A stretch of DNA of 64,000 bases from Lama glama (GCA_028534125.1 CM052817.1:15688001-15752000); one strand, 5' to 3'; numbered from the stretch's first letter, positions 37,630-50,315 are shown. Numbers and translations: made by a program. Notes: generated by a model not told the origin, from the letters alone.

Positions 37630-38340
37630 ACATCTGTCCATCCCATTCACCTTCCTCTATTCCAGTGGCCACTGCCACAGTTCAGGTCACTGCTCTCTCT
37701 CACCCAGAGACCGTAGCTGACTTCATCCCAAATGACTCTGCCCACAGTCTTGCTCCATCCAGTCCATCCTACACACTATAGCCAGAGTGATGCTTCTAGA
37801 ATGCAAAACGAATGAATCATGTCACTCCCCTACTTAAAACACTCATCAAAGGTTTCCCAGGGTTATTAAGATAAATCCAAGCCCTTCAAAATGCCCTTTG
37901 TAGCCTGGCATCCTGCCTTCCATTTTTGCCTGATCTCTCATTCGTTTGTCCTTCCCACTTTCTGTTCAAATTAGGAAATGAATCCTTTCCCTGTTCTTGA
38001 ACATAATTTGATTCCTGCTTACTGAACTCTTAGTGTCCATTGGTTTTTCACTTTAAATATCTTTCAGCAAAGTTTTTCTGCCCCTTTCTCAACAACAGCA
38101 AGTGCCCTTTCTCTGCGTTCACACTGTATCTGGCATCTTATCGTTTTACCTGTCACACTTGATCACAGGTGATGATGTAACTAGCTGATTCTCCCGCAAT
38201 ATTGTAAACTTTTCAAGAAGTGAGCTTCTCAGTTTTGTTCCTCATGTGTGCCCGACACCTGGCACAACTTGCATATCAGTTTGTGGAATGAATGAATGGT
38301 TGGTTGACTGGATAGATGGATGGGTGAATGAATGTGTGAG
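37630..38340 (+). mobile_element. L2 3' portion with TGAA/TGGA tail
   Basis: gccagagtgatgcttctagaatgcaaa...tcatgtcactcccctacttaaaac...gaatgaatgaatggttggttgactggatagatggatgg. Confidence 0.85.
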
Positions 38341-38394
38341 GATGAGCCTGGTGGAGAGCTTGGTAAAGAAAGTGAATGGAGTCTCTTTTATGCC

Positions 38395-38520
38395 CTCTAT
38401 AAAGTGGAGATGATAAAAAGATCAACCTCATATCATTGTCGTGAAGGGTAAATGACGTATTTATTACATGTAATAAATGCACTGTGCCTGGCATCTTACA
38501 AGCACTCCTCCAAAGTGTAC
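38395..38520 (+). mobile_element. MIR 3' half
   Basis: ctataaagtggagatgataa...gtcgtgaagggtaaatga...cactgtgcctggca. Confidence 0.7.
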
Positions 38521-39849
38521 TTGTATTAATAGATGTAATGTTATGTTCTCAAGAAATATGACAAATAACTACATGGATACAAATTAAAAAGCTAAAAAAG
38601 ACAATTCAGTAGTCAAGTCTAGATAAGTTTTCACCAACATTTCTGTCCTGCTCTTAATTACAAAAAGCCTTTGAGAGGTCCTGTCAATGCCCAGCAGCTG
38701 TGGTTGCTACTCATCCACATTCAGCAGGTAGTCGCAGAGAACAACGGGGCACTTTGTGCCCTAGGACCCAAGTTCAACCCTTATTACTAGAGTTGTTTCT
38801 GCCAAATTCCTAACCTCTTAGACTCTGAACCCTGTCTGTGTTCTGAGATCTATGACATCTTCTTGCTCCCTCTTGTATTCGCTGACCTTTTGGTCTTTGG
38901 TCCCTTGACTGCCTACACTGGTGGTACCTGACTAATTGGGCTTCTGCTCCTGACCCTTTGTGTTTGGCTTGTATCCAGGATGGGTCAGTGGCTTTAAGGA
39001 CATGCCCCTGGGCAGTGCACCATGCCAAGACACACAGCAACTGGGCTACATTAACAAAATTATCTCCTGAACCTACCTTCAACCAAGTCATTCTTTGTCT
39101 CAAACCAACCTATTTATGATCTTCTTTTTATTTTTATTACATCCTTCTCTGTTGCCCTTTCAACTTAGTATTGACCTTTTAAAGGCTTTGATTAGCATTC
39201 TCCTAATGTGTCATTTCCTTGGAAAATGTTTGGCATGGTCCCAGGACCCCCTATACCAGTGAATATATTTCCATCCTGCCCTAACTGGGTATAAGCCAGA
39301 GGTAATATACTAAAGCTATAACAGGGCAATAAGGAATCAAATTGAACGTTGGCAACAGGACTGGAGGAGGATCCTGGAAAGTCCTCATACCATGTCAAGC
39401 ATTAATCTTTTGGTAGCTGGATCTGAGGGTTTAGACTCGGGATGTGGGAGACAGTGACTTACCAAGCTCTGAGAAAGCATCCCAATATTTAACAACCATA
39501 ACAACTACGCCTCAGCAAAGATTTTATCTAGGATGGTGTTTTCCAACACAAATTGATTTTTTTCACATGCACACAAAGCATTGCCCCTTAGACTAATCTC
39601 TAAACTGAGGCACTTGGACACGGGATTTCTCACAAAGATTATGTCTACATATATATTTGGCTTAAGTTTCTTCACACAGAAATTACTAGAAGCCAGGTCC
39701 CCCCCGAGGTTACCATGTTTTTGAGGAGATGATATTGCTCAGGAAATCTCAAACATGTGACTCTTTGATGCTATAAGCCCCTGAAACTTCACGAGTGAGA
39801 AATGAACCAGGAAGTTTGTACATTCCTCAGGAAGCACATCTTCTCCAAG

Positions 39850-40270
39850 GTCTACTTCAGATACAGCCATGACGGATATCAGGGGTTCTCTTAGAAAAGG
39901 ATAGGCAGATAGCCTAACAAAAACGTTTGCCCCACTGCCAGGGCAAAGCCCTTGCCATCTGATGCATGTTACGGACCAGCAATTTGTATGTAGCTCCCAA
40001 TCTTCATTTTCCCAAGATGGAGATTTTGTTGGCCTTCACCACCATTGTGTACTGAGTGAAGGGAACAGATTACTTGTCTTTGAGCTGATAGTCACTAGAC
40101 CAGAAAATCCACATCTGGATCTGATAGTGAGGACTGGTTGTCACTCAGAGATGAGGCACTTCAAGCTGGATTCTAAAATGCATGCTATTTGGGGTTATTA
40201 CCTGAGGGAGAAGGATGAAATGTATCTATATGAAGAAGGCTGTGTATGGAGACCAGAGTAAGGGGCAGAC
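39850..40270 (+). mobile_element. MaLR MLT1-internal 3' segment
   Basis: ggaccagc...ccaccattgtgtactg...cagattacttgtcttt...ccacatctggatctgat...ccagagtaaggggcagac (PPT) abutting the LTR; may extend further 5'. Confidence 0.7.
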
Positions 40271-40747
40271 TGTGTTATAGAATATTGATTGGTTAATTAA
40301 ATATTTAACCTCTAACCATCTTATCTCCTTCCTTGCCCCATCTACCTTAGAGGCCACAAAACCTAAATATACGCTTTCCCAGCTTCCCTTACAACCAGGG
40401 TGAGCCACATGACACACTTCTAAACAAGAAGGTATGTGAAGGTCAAAAGTAATGTGTAAAAGAGTTTACTGATAAAATGAGCAGACATTACTGATTGTTT
40501 ATATTACCTTATTTTTCCTAACTTTAGGGTAGACACAAGACTCAACGATGTGGCATCCATTTGATAACCATGGGGGAAAAAAATCCAAGAGAGTTAAAGT
40601 ACAATCCCTGACACTATTTTATCGTTGAACAGGTCAGTGATAACCAACCTTCTGACTTTCGTTAAGTGGAAAACGATTATTCGTGTTAGTTTACATTCCT
40701 GTTGATTGGGTTTGTTGTTTGCAGCTAAAAACCTCTTTCCTAACAGA
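40271..40747 (+). mobile_element. Old MaLR LTR (MLT1J/K-like)
   Basis: tttcccagcttcccttacaaccagggtgagccacatgacac...ggcatccatttgataaccatg...tgtttgcagctaaaa. Confidence 0.7.
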
Positions 40748-41830
40748 GTCCTTTGTAATGTAATTGAAGTCTCCAACATCATTAAACCCAGTGAAAACAA
40801 TGGTACCTTTTGCACTGCACATCTTTATGCTTTCTTAAGTCGAAATCACTGTTTCCTCACAGCCCATGTGGGCTATCTGTTCTCTGCCATGGAATCTGTC
40901 AGAGTACCACGTTGTAATAATCCCAACTGGGCAAGCAATACAAGGGCCAGATGGCTATTAGGATCCATCAATCTTTCCAGAAGCAGATTTTATAATAGCG
41001 CATGTAGAAACCTCCCACCAAAATTATCAGAAGGAAACTAAACATAATCGAAGTAGTAATTAGGCATAAATCAACAATGAAAAACTCATATAACTCAAGC
41101 TAGCACTTTTGAGCATTACACTCACTATAGACATGGCTGATGATTACAGAACATTTTTTTTCAGAGATACCCCTTCATATGAGAAGCCTTCATTCTCGAA
41201 AGTTCTAGACAACCCCTATCAAGTAATTATATAATGGGAAACCCAACTATCATATTATGTGAAAGCAAACATTTTAAAGCAATTGCATACACACTTATGT
41301 AGGTGTGGTTCAAGGTACAAAAACACATCCATGCTCACCAGGAACTGATAAAAAAAATTTGATGGGCAGGGAGAGGGTACCAATTTAGTGCTTTAATTTT
41401 GTTTTCTACTCTCTTACTTCTCTTAAGTCCTAATTAACCGCATCATCTTCCTGACTTCCAAGTCAGGAAGATACACATAATCTCATTGAATTTATTCAAA
41501 ACTGCATTATAATGGCATTGAACTATCACTGTAGCTACTAAACAATCCATACCTGTGGTGCTTTTATCTCTGTCCCTTTACTTTTGCATCTGAACAAATT
41601 AAAAACTTGATCAAAACTATTCTTACTGTTACGTATAAAAAGATGTTTCCACTACCTCTTTACAAATGATTATTTATCTGCCCTTTGGACAGACTACAGC
41701 TGTCAATGGAAGGAATTTGTTTCTTGATATGACTGTTTGAAGACAGTTTTTTCCCCACACAGGAAAATAGCTCCCTGCTTGAGTGACCTTCCATTTCCTA
41801 CTTCAAATCTATCTGGCAACTTTACCTAAA

Positions 41831-41854
41831 AGATAGATGATAGATAGATAGATA
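41831..41854. repeat. (GATA)n microsatellite
   Basis: agatagatgatagatagatagata. Confidence 0.9.
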
Positions 41855-42424
41855 AAAAGGAGTAGGGCTATTAGGAGTTAATACTTAACACTTGCTTGCC
41901 AAATGCATGGAATGTACTTCTTTGATTTGGGCTGTATTGAAAGAGCTAAAACCTACTGCAGAAGATACCAAAATAGAGATGTTATCAGGAAACTCAGGCA
42001 ACTGTTCTTGGGTGACCTGAAAGAAAGAATTACATATGAGGAAAGCAAATGAGAAAGTGCAAAGAAAAGAAAATACAGTTTGGGGGAAACACAGTAGAAC
42101 AGAAAATTAAGTTTAATGACATTTTAGAAATAGGTATATGTGCATGACAAAATAATCTAAGAAAAATAGGCTTGTGCTAAAAGCAACTTCAGAAATACAG
42201 AGAGTGTGAAAATAATACAAAGGTTGACTTAAAATCAGCTGGTATCAGCAAGAAAGGATGAGTATGGAAATTCCAGGTCCCCATGATAAAATGGCATGAT
42301 CTTGAAAACAACTGTAAGTTCTCTCCTAGTAGGTGACCCTGGGTGCCCTCACCAAGAGAGAAAACCAAAACCCACAAGAAGCGAAGACAGGGGACAAATG
42401 AAGGAAGGCATTTTGACTTTGAGT

Positions 42425-42550
42425 CAGTCATTCATTTCTTCAAATATTTAGTGAGTTTCTACTTGTGTGAGGCATCGTTCTATGAGATGAGTGTCCATCA
42501 GTTAACAGGAGCCTCAAAACCCTTGCCTTCAGGGAGCTTACATTTCTAGT
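42425..42550 (-). mobile_element. L2 3' end
   Basis: cattcatttcttcaaatatttagtgag...ccttgccttcagggagcttacatttctag. Confidence 0.75.
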
Positions 42551-43046
42551 AACGAAAACATATTTGATACAACAGTAGCAAACAGAAATTTCATGTCATT
42601 CCTAGCTGCAAAATTATGTAAAATTAAACCAAACTATTTGACAACATCTCAGGTACCACAGACCCATTGTCTAATGAAATCACTTTAAGAGATAAGTGAT
42701 ATATTTGCATACGGCTATTGCCTTGCGTTTTTCATGAGTCAGCATCCCTCCCCATAAGAAACCATGCTTACTTGGTGGAAGGTAGAAGCTCAATTTCCTG
42801 ATCAGGAGATGTAAATTGGATGAGGAGGTCTGTTTTTTTACTTTGGCCTTAGGCCAAAATGGGGTTAAATCCACAAAGAGAAGGGAGTAACACAAGGTGT
42901 AGCCACAGAAAAGTCTCAAAGAGATTGGTAACAATGATCAACGTCAAAACATTCAGAGATAACAGCTTTCTTAAAGGTGAAAAAGAAAGTAAGTGTAATA
43001 GCATGTTAAGGAGTTATATTTTCAGACAGGGGTTGCTATTCTAGGT

Positions 43047-43069
43047 CATCCATCCATCCATCCATCCAT
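43047..43069. repeat. (CATC)n microsatellite
   Basis: catccatccatccatccatccat. Confidence 0.9.
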
Positions 43070-44319
43070 GTATATTCTACAGGGAATGAGGAACTATGTG
43101 AAGGCATCGGCAACTTTATGTACCCAGGGAAAGAGATAAGTTGGCTTGCAAAATCACATTAAGTCCCATGGAGTTTATGCTGTAAGTTTTGTCATTAGAG
43201 CTGATACCAGGGGGAAAATACTATGATATAAAGCACATCCTTTTTTAGCCCCGCCCCTTTTTCTCTTCCTGTGCATTGCCACATCTTTGCTTTTCCTGTT
43301 TAACATACAGGCTTGGGTGAGCAGTTTCCCAAAGTTGTTAGATGTGTCTATCTGTGAAAGGCAAAGTCAAACCAAAAATCCTAAAAAGAGAAATGTGCCT
43401 CCTGTCAGAGGTCTGGCAGGCTTTTGCCATGAATGATGTAGCGAGATTCCATAAAGCATTAAAGGAAGTCCTGGGAAATTTATGTTAAATGCAATCAGTC
43501 TTAGAATAGACATATATCTTGAAGTCCACTCTTGACATTTCCTCCTTAAGACAAAAATCAAATAATGACCCTCTGTAAAAACATTAACGGTCTCCTTTTA
43601 CTGAAAAAAAAAAAAGAGCAAAATTACAGGGCACTTTTTAAGCTCAACTTCTGTTTAGCCCGCCTTGAATTCCTTTGACACACTTCCAGCTCTCCCTTAC
43701 AGCAATAGGAAAGATTCCGTAAACTAGAGATTTATAACATATGACAACTCAACCCAGATCCTTATGAAACGAGAAGTGAGTCAGCAACATTAGAGCTGCT
43801 TGAAATTCAGGGCATTTCAGAGTGACGGGGAGAAATCTTCAAGAATTTCACAAAGAATGTTTTACTCTCTGAAAAATTGCTGAGAATTCTACAGAGGCAA
43901 AGCGATGCCTGAGATTTTATTTTCCATTGCTAGGTGGTCAACGACCCCAGACTTTGTGAGCAGGGGGACCAGACAGCTGACAACAAGAGCCACGTTCTCA
44001 GGATGTTTAGTTGCTACCATACACTTTTCCTTAAAAGCGATTAGCCTTCAAAGGCTCCCATTCCCTCAAGCAAATAATTTACACTGCACGGCCCTTAATG
44101 AATAGGTTTCTGCCTGACAATCCATTGTGTCCCGATCCAGGCTTCCTACCCCTCTTTTCCATACCCGTTGCCAGTATCAGTCAAACTGACAGTCTTTCAT
44201 TTCCTCAATAGACTGTGCCCTAGTTCTAATTATTATTGACTTAGGTGACCTGTGATAGTTTCCTAATATGAAACAAATAATTACCATACATAATAATAAC
44301 AAAAACAGAATCTCCACAT

Positions 44320-44520
44320 ATTTAACTACTCAGTGTTGGACATGAGACATACTTATATTTGAGCAAACATGCTAATTTTCACCAAAAATATCTCTTTTAT
44401 AACTCAGGAACCTGCATTTTGAGAGGAAGGATAATTTGTCTAAGAGAACACTGAAAATGTGTGGCAGATGTGAAATTTTAGTCTCGGTCTGTTGGATGTC
44501 CAAGCACACTATCTTCCTCT
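44320..44520 (-). mobile_element. MIR SINE, diverged
   Basis: ataatttgtctaagagaacac...gtggcagatgtgaaattt...ggtctgttggatgtccaagc. Confidence 0.5.
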
Positions 44521-44559
44521 GCTCAGAACTCAGTACATTGCAACCATGCCTTGAAAGGC

Positions 44560-44765
44560 TTCCTTGGACACCCTCTGCCCCTACTTGCCATTTAAAAGCA
44601 AGTTAGGACTCTTTGATTTCCTAGTTGGCTCATTTGTCTCCCACTCTTGGAGTGTGAGCAACAACCTGGTAGTTTTCCTTCTCAATAACTGCATTACCTT
44701 GCATGGGTTAGGGGCTCAAAAGATGTTTGTCACCCACAGCCCAGCATAAATGAATGGATGATTCA
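44560..44765 (+). mobile_element. L2 3' fragment
   Basis: tttgtctcccactcttggagtgtgagc...gctcaaaagatgtttg...aaatgaatggatg. Confidence 0.55.
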
Positions 44766-44851
44766 AAAGATGTTGCAGGATGATTCAGGGACCAGGTGAC
44801 TCTCAGGAAGTAGCTCCTCTCAAGTCTTTACCAGTCAGCACTGTCTGGAGC

Positions 44852-45420
44852 TGAGACAGGAGGGAAGAGGGCAGGGCACAATCATTAAAAGAATGACACC
44901 ACAACGAGCACCAAGATGACGGAAGATCAGAAGATTCAACTCCCAGTAGATGTTGAGGCCCAAGATGACAGGAGATTTGACTTCCAGAAGACCTTGAGCT
45001 TCATTATACGCTCATTGTAATACATTAGCATGCTAAATAGCACTCCCACAGGTGCCATGACTATTCTGAGGCTGACCATAAAAGATCAAAAAGTGGGTGA
45101 TGGCCCAATTCCTGGGATCCACCCCCCTTCCCCAAAGTAGTTGGAATAATCCCCATACTTGTTAGCATATTAAGTTACTGAGCCAATAAAAACCAACAAC
45201 CCTGCACCTCCTAATCTCTCTCTCTTGCCTTCAGTGATGACCCTCATTCTGCCTATGGAGTGTGCAACTCCCTGAATAAATATATCTTCACTCGACTGTG
45301 GCTCATGATTGAATTCTTTCTTACACAAAACCAAGGACCCTCGCTTGATGGGGTGCTTCCCAGGGACATGCCGGGGACATGGGACATGGCCATCTTCTCA
45401 CGCCCCATTTTCCTGTATCA
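44852..45420 (+). mobile_element. MER41-like ERV1 solo LTR, full length (569 bp)
   Basis: TG...CA termini; perfect 4-bp TSD gagc (44848-44851 / 45421-45424); MER41 hallmark blocks cattagcatgctaaa..cactcccac..gccatgac, gaataatcc..gttagcatat, ctgcctatggagt, aataaa, gaattctttctt..ccaaggaccctc. Confidence 0.88.
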
Positions 45421-46544
45421 GAGCTACCCATTCTTTCTCTGGTAATTTCCCACAAGCACTAACTGGGATAACCAGATGTAGCTAAAAACCCAGGGCTTTG
45501 TTTTTTGAGCCCTCAACCTCACCCTCCCAGCCCAGTTCACCTCCACAAATGATCCAGGAAAATGAAAAGACAAAATTATCACCCTGCAAGGAGGTTCAAA
45601 AACGATCATGACAGGTAGCTGCTGTGGGGCCTGTGTGAAGGGAAGTCATGATAAAGAAAGACCTTTAGGGGGCTTTCTGGGATTGTAACCTGGGAGAAAT
45701 GGGGCTAGATTCATCAGGTTTGGTTAGGGGACCTATGAGCACATTTTACTGGCTGACCTTCACAAGAGAAGTGATTTTTCTTTTCTCACAGATCCCATAA
45801 TAAGAGTGGAACAGACAAAAGACCAGAGTCCAGCAGGATGGACAGAGAGACAGCAGAACTGACAAGATTCTCTCTTCCTTATTCAAGATGAATGTGTTCT
45901 CTGCAGGCTGAGCCCTGCGATAGGGAGACCCAACCAGGACCCTGCCAAAGGTGATGGAACTACGTATCCCCTCACTGCTACAAGTCAGAAATTTCTAGAC
46001 CAAAGTATAGAGCAAGTCACAGGATCAGGTCACAGGTGGGGGCACAAATTTTCTGCGTCACTTACAAGGGTACTGAATGATGCATATGGAATCTCTCTCC
46101 TTCTCTGTCTCTCCTTGTGTTTAACAAGGAGTCATTACAGCATATGAGCACTCTGCACACTTGTCCACTGTGTAGGATATGCTTTCAGTCAACTAAATGT
46201 CTCACTGTCCTTCTGTCCTAAGGGGACTAAGTGGGAGGTGGAGGGAGCGCTCTTCACCTGAGTTCAGAAGCTCTTCCAAACTGTGCCATTTATTAAATGA
46301 TGGAAACTCATCCTTGGCGGAGATGGTTATCACAGAAGTTGCACAGTCATTTAATTTTTAAAAAGATAACCATGATTAAAAACAAAAAGGTTACCTGCAG
46401 TGATTTCTGAACTGGGACCATGACTTTTGATAATACTAGCTATTGATTGGTTTAACCATATGTAACTCTTGGAGAATGAGCCTCCCATGAGGGGATCCAT
46501 CTCCAGCTGGTCTGGACAAAGAAATAATCATCTTATCAATGTTT

Positions 46545-46680
46545 GCCAGTATTATTAGTCAAGATGAATATTATCCCCATTTTACAGACCAAGAAGCTGA
46601 GGCTTAGAGGGATTAAATCCTCATCCAGAGTCACAAAGCTAGTAACCAATGGAGCCGGGATTTGCTTCTTACTGGGCCAT
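46545..46680 (-). mobile_element. MIR core
   Basis: attatccccattttacagaccaagaagctgaggcttagagggattaaa...agtcacaaagctagtaa...ggagccgggattt. Confidence 0.85.
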
Positions 46681-47959
46681 GTGATGACTCTACCAAGGCT
46701 TCTGGACAAAGTAGACAGGAGAGAAGAATTCAAGGAGCAGAGAGAGTCTCTGGGGCTGTCTCTCTCTCCCCTATAACTCAGAGGAGAATGCCAAGAAGTG
46801 CTTTTCAGCAGCTTACATAAGAGGAGGGTCCCACACCACGTGCAGAAGCAACCAGCAGCAGTTCCCTGGGCCAGTTTCACCAAAGACCTCCAACCTCATT
46901 GTCTCAGAATCAAGTCATCAAGCTGGGAAGTCGTGGCAACTTCTTGGAACTCAATTGCTTCCTGCCATCCTATTCATCTTCCAGCTTACTTCCCATCACT
47001 GACCCTGATCTTATTAGAAAAACCTTGGAGAATGACAATAATGGCATTTTTTTTTGACAAGTTTACTCCAGATTGGATTTAATATCTTAAAATTGTCATT
47101 GATTGAAACTGGTCATTCTAAATGAGCAGTTTAAAACTAATATTCCTCTGTTTTTCCTTAATCTTTTTTCTCCCTAGTCATTGGATGCTTGGTCTTCTCG
47201 AAGGTATCTTCCTAAGTGTTCAACAAGCTATAAAAACGTTCACAGGAGAGGAAGATTGAAGTGTCCCATAGAATAGAACCTCTCCAGAGGCATAAGTTGC
47301 TCTCCCACTGAATTTCCTACCTAAACGGAGCTTAGCATATAGTAGTTGCTCACAAAGTACTTAACAAAATCAGGAAAAGTCTTTCTTAATGGATTCTTAT
47401 CATTTAAAACATTGGAGGCTCAAATCTCAACACTCCGTGGTGGGTTCTCAGTGGGGTTTTCATAAGCAAGGACCTGCCAACATGTAGGGAGGATGGGCAG
47501 TGGTATTCAGTGAGACTGGAGAGGCAGTGAAGTTTTGTCTACTTCAGCCCTTCTTCTCTTCCAGTAATCTTTACCAACTGAAATTTCCATCTTTGATTCT
47601 GCATTCAGTACCGAGGGAAGAGTAGTGACTTAGGGATTAAGAGCTATTGGCCCAGATAAGCTTATTTAATTAGCTAACTGAGACCTTGGGTCCCTCAAGG
47701 CCAAAGGAGTAGGGATGAGTGAGCCTTGGTTACAGGAGATAAACAAGAGTGCTTGACTGAAAGGGTGGCATGACTGGTTGGTGTTTCAGCCGAGGGAGCT
47801 GGGAGGGGCATGCCAAAGGGAGGGCTGCTCAACCCAATTCACCAACTTAACTAAGCCCTGGTCTGAGCACTAAATGAGTGGACATGGGTTTGCTGCAAGA
47901 AAGCCACGTTTGCATGGTCCATGAGAGAAATGTAGCATTATTTCTTTAAAAAAATCATG

Positions 47960-48165
47960 AAGTCAGAGTCTGGAAAACTTAATGGGCATTCTAGCTACAT
48001 CATTGTAGCTCTCGAGGCAGTAACTCTGTGTTTGCTCAATTTCCACATCTGTATAGTGGGCACAGTTGCCTCTCCCATTCCGTGTTACAATGAGGCACAA
48101 CTGAGATCATAAAAGTGCCTAATACATAGCCTGGGGGTAGAAGAGGTGTTCAGTAAATGGTAGCC
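47960..48165 (+). mobile_element. MIR SINE
   Basis: gaagtcagag...gctcaatttccacatctgtatagtggg...aaagtgcctaatacatagcctgg...ttcagtaaatggtagc. Confidence 0.7.
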
Positions 48166-49589
48166 TTTATCATTAACAATAATGATTCCCAGAGAATCTT
48201 TATCCTTGTTAACCAAACACAGATGAGCAGGGGCCAGGGAGAGAGGAAACGAAAAAGGGAGAGGGAGAAGCAAAGATAGGAGTATTTATTGAGCATCCAT
48301 TATGTGCACACATTTCCTTAGTGACTTTGCTTCTACAAACACACCGAGAGAGAATAAAATCTGTAACATGAATTTTGCCTTCTCTAACGTCCTCCCCTAA
48401 CTTAACTGCATCCCCCAGACCCAGATTCTTCAGGCTCCTCCAGTACAGAAACAATCAGGAAAGGGGGGGAAAGAGACATGGGAGAAAGCAGAAGGAAGTT
48501 CTCTAAAGCCTCAAAGCTTGACTGCCTGAGTGCCACACCTTCCCTTTTATTTTAAAACTCTGAGCAGCCTGTAATCGGAGAGGGAGATTCCCCAGCTGCA
48601 AAAAGGAAGTGATTCCTTAAGAATAAAAGCCCCCATTATCAAAGGAAACCGTGGTGTGCCCTGGTTCTGAACTTTCCATTCTAAAACCCCAGAGAAAGTG
48701 ACCAAGGGGGCCGGATGAACAGCCACAGTCGCAGTCACAGAGGAAGGCAGTGTTATCTTGTAAGCTCGGGATATTCTGCAAGAGACAAGGTTCTGTCTCT
48801 CCTGCTAGTTTTTCATCACCTCTTCAGAAGTATTCAAATGAGCTGAGACAACTGCTTCACTTGGCATTTGGATCCGTCTATTAGCAACTCCAGGCCTCGA
48901 GTGCTTAGTCATTTCTTAGCTCATGTCACTGCCACTTTGTTTTCGCATCTGACACTGACTCCAATAACCTTGTAGCATCTGCCCTCCCAATTCCCCCAAA
49001 ACTCGGAACAACCTGCTCCGATGAATGCTCCTTTGAATGTCCTTCTCTCGCTCTCTTTCTCTCTCTTTGACAAGGAAAAGAGTTATCAGGATTCTTGAAC
49101 ATTCTTGAATAGCTAACTCCTGGAGTCCTTGTCCTCACTTCTTCCCCTCTGTACCTCCCTGGCATTTGCTCCAAGATCTGCTGCTTTTCCAACAACGACC
49201 TGGCACGGAGCTGAGGTTTCCAAATGTTAACTCCCTGGCACCGGTCCTGTAGGTGCTGAAAGAATTCTTCCCTGATTTGCAGACAAACCTTTCATTTCGA
49301 TGCATATCAGGGTCAGCTCGGCGTTTTGCCTGGCCTACAAGGTGGTTTGGAGGCCATGGCCCAGAGGGGAGGGTACAGAGGTCTGCTCTTCCTTCTCAGA
49401 CCATCTCTCAGCCGCTCTCACCTGAGCTTGTAGAAATGCATCACCCTTCCAGGCTCTTGTTTAAACCCCATGGGCAGAGTGGGAGGGTGGACTGTCACCT
49501 ACACACCAGCCTTACAAACTTCCTTTGGGGAGGTCTGCACGGTCCCAGCTCGCCTGGGCTGTTCTCATGTCCTTGCTCAAAGGAAAGCT

Positions 49590-50215
49590 TTGTTTTTCTT
49601 TTTTCTTTTGTTTTTTTTAATTGAAGTATAGTTGGTTTGCAATGTTGTGTCAGTTTCTGGTGTACAGCATAGTGTTTCAGTCATATATATACACACATAT
49701 ATCCCCTTTGATATTCTTTTTCATATAGGTTACTACAAGATATTGAATATAGTTCCCTGTGCTATATTATAGGTCCTTGTTGTTTATCTATTTTGTATAT
49801 AGTAGTTAGTGTCTGCAAATCTCGAACTCCCAATTTATCCCTTCTCATCCCCTTTCCTCCCTGGTAACTATAAGTTTGTTTTCTATGTCTGTGAGTCTGT
49901 TTCTGTTTTGTAAGTATGTTCATCTGTGTCATTACTTTTAGATCCCACATATAAGTGATATCACATGGTATTTGTCTTTCTCTTTCTGGCTTACTTCACT
50001 TAGTATGATAATCTTCAGGTCTATCCATGTTGCTGCAAATGTCACTATGCTATTTTTTTCTATGGCTGAGTAGAATTCTATTATATATATGCCACAACTT
50101 CTATATCCAATCATCTAGTGATGGACATTTAGGCTGCTTCCATGTCTTGGCTATTGTAAATAGTGCTGCTATGAATATTGGGGTGCATGTGTCTTTTCAA
50201 GTTAGAGTTTCCTCT
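49590..50215 (-). mobile_element. Relatively young cetartiodactyl/camelid L1 3' end running into the gap
   Basis: T-rich tail, attgaagtatagttggtttgcaatg...tagatcccacatataagtgatatc...ttccatgtcttggctattgtaaatagtgctgctatgaa. Confidence 0.92.
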
Positions 50216-50315
50216 NNNNNNNNNNNNNNNNNNNNNNNNNNNNNNNNNNNNNNNNNNNNNNNNNNNNNNNNNNNNNNNNNNNNNNNNNNNNNNNNNNNNN
50301 NNNNNNNNNNNNNNN
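50216..50315. other. Assembly gap (100 N)
   Basis: Exactly 100 N, the usual placeholder for a gap of unknown size. Confidence 0.99.

Noticed and set aside
45363..45388. (GGGACAT)x3 as a p53 response element
   Set aside because: Only the first unit approaches RRRCWWGYYY; the others lack the pyrimidine triplet. More likely LTR U5 micro-duplication.
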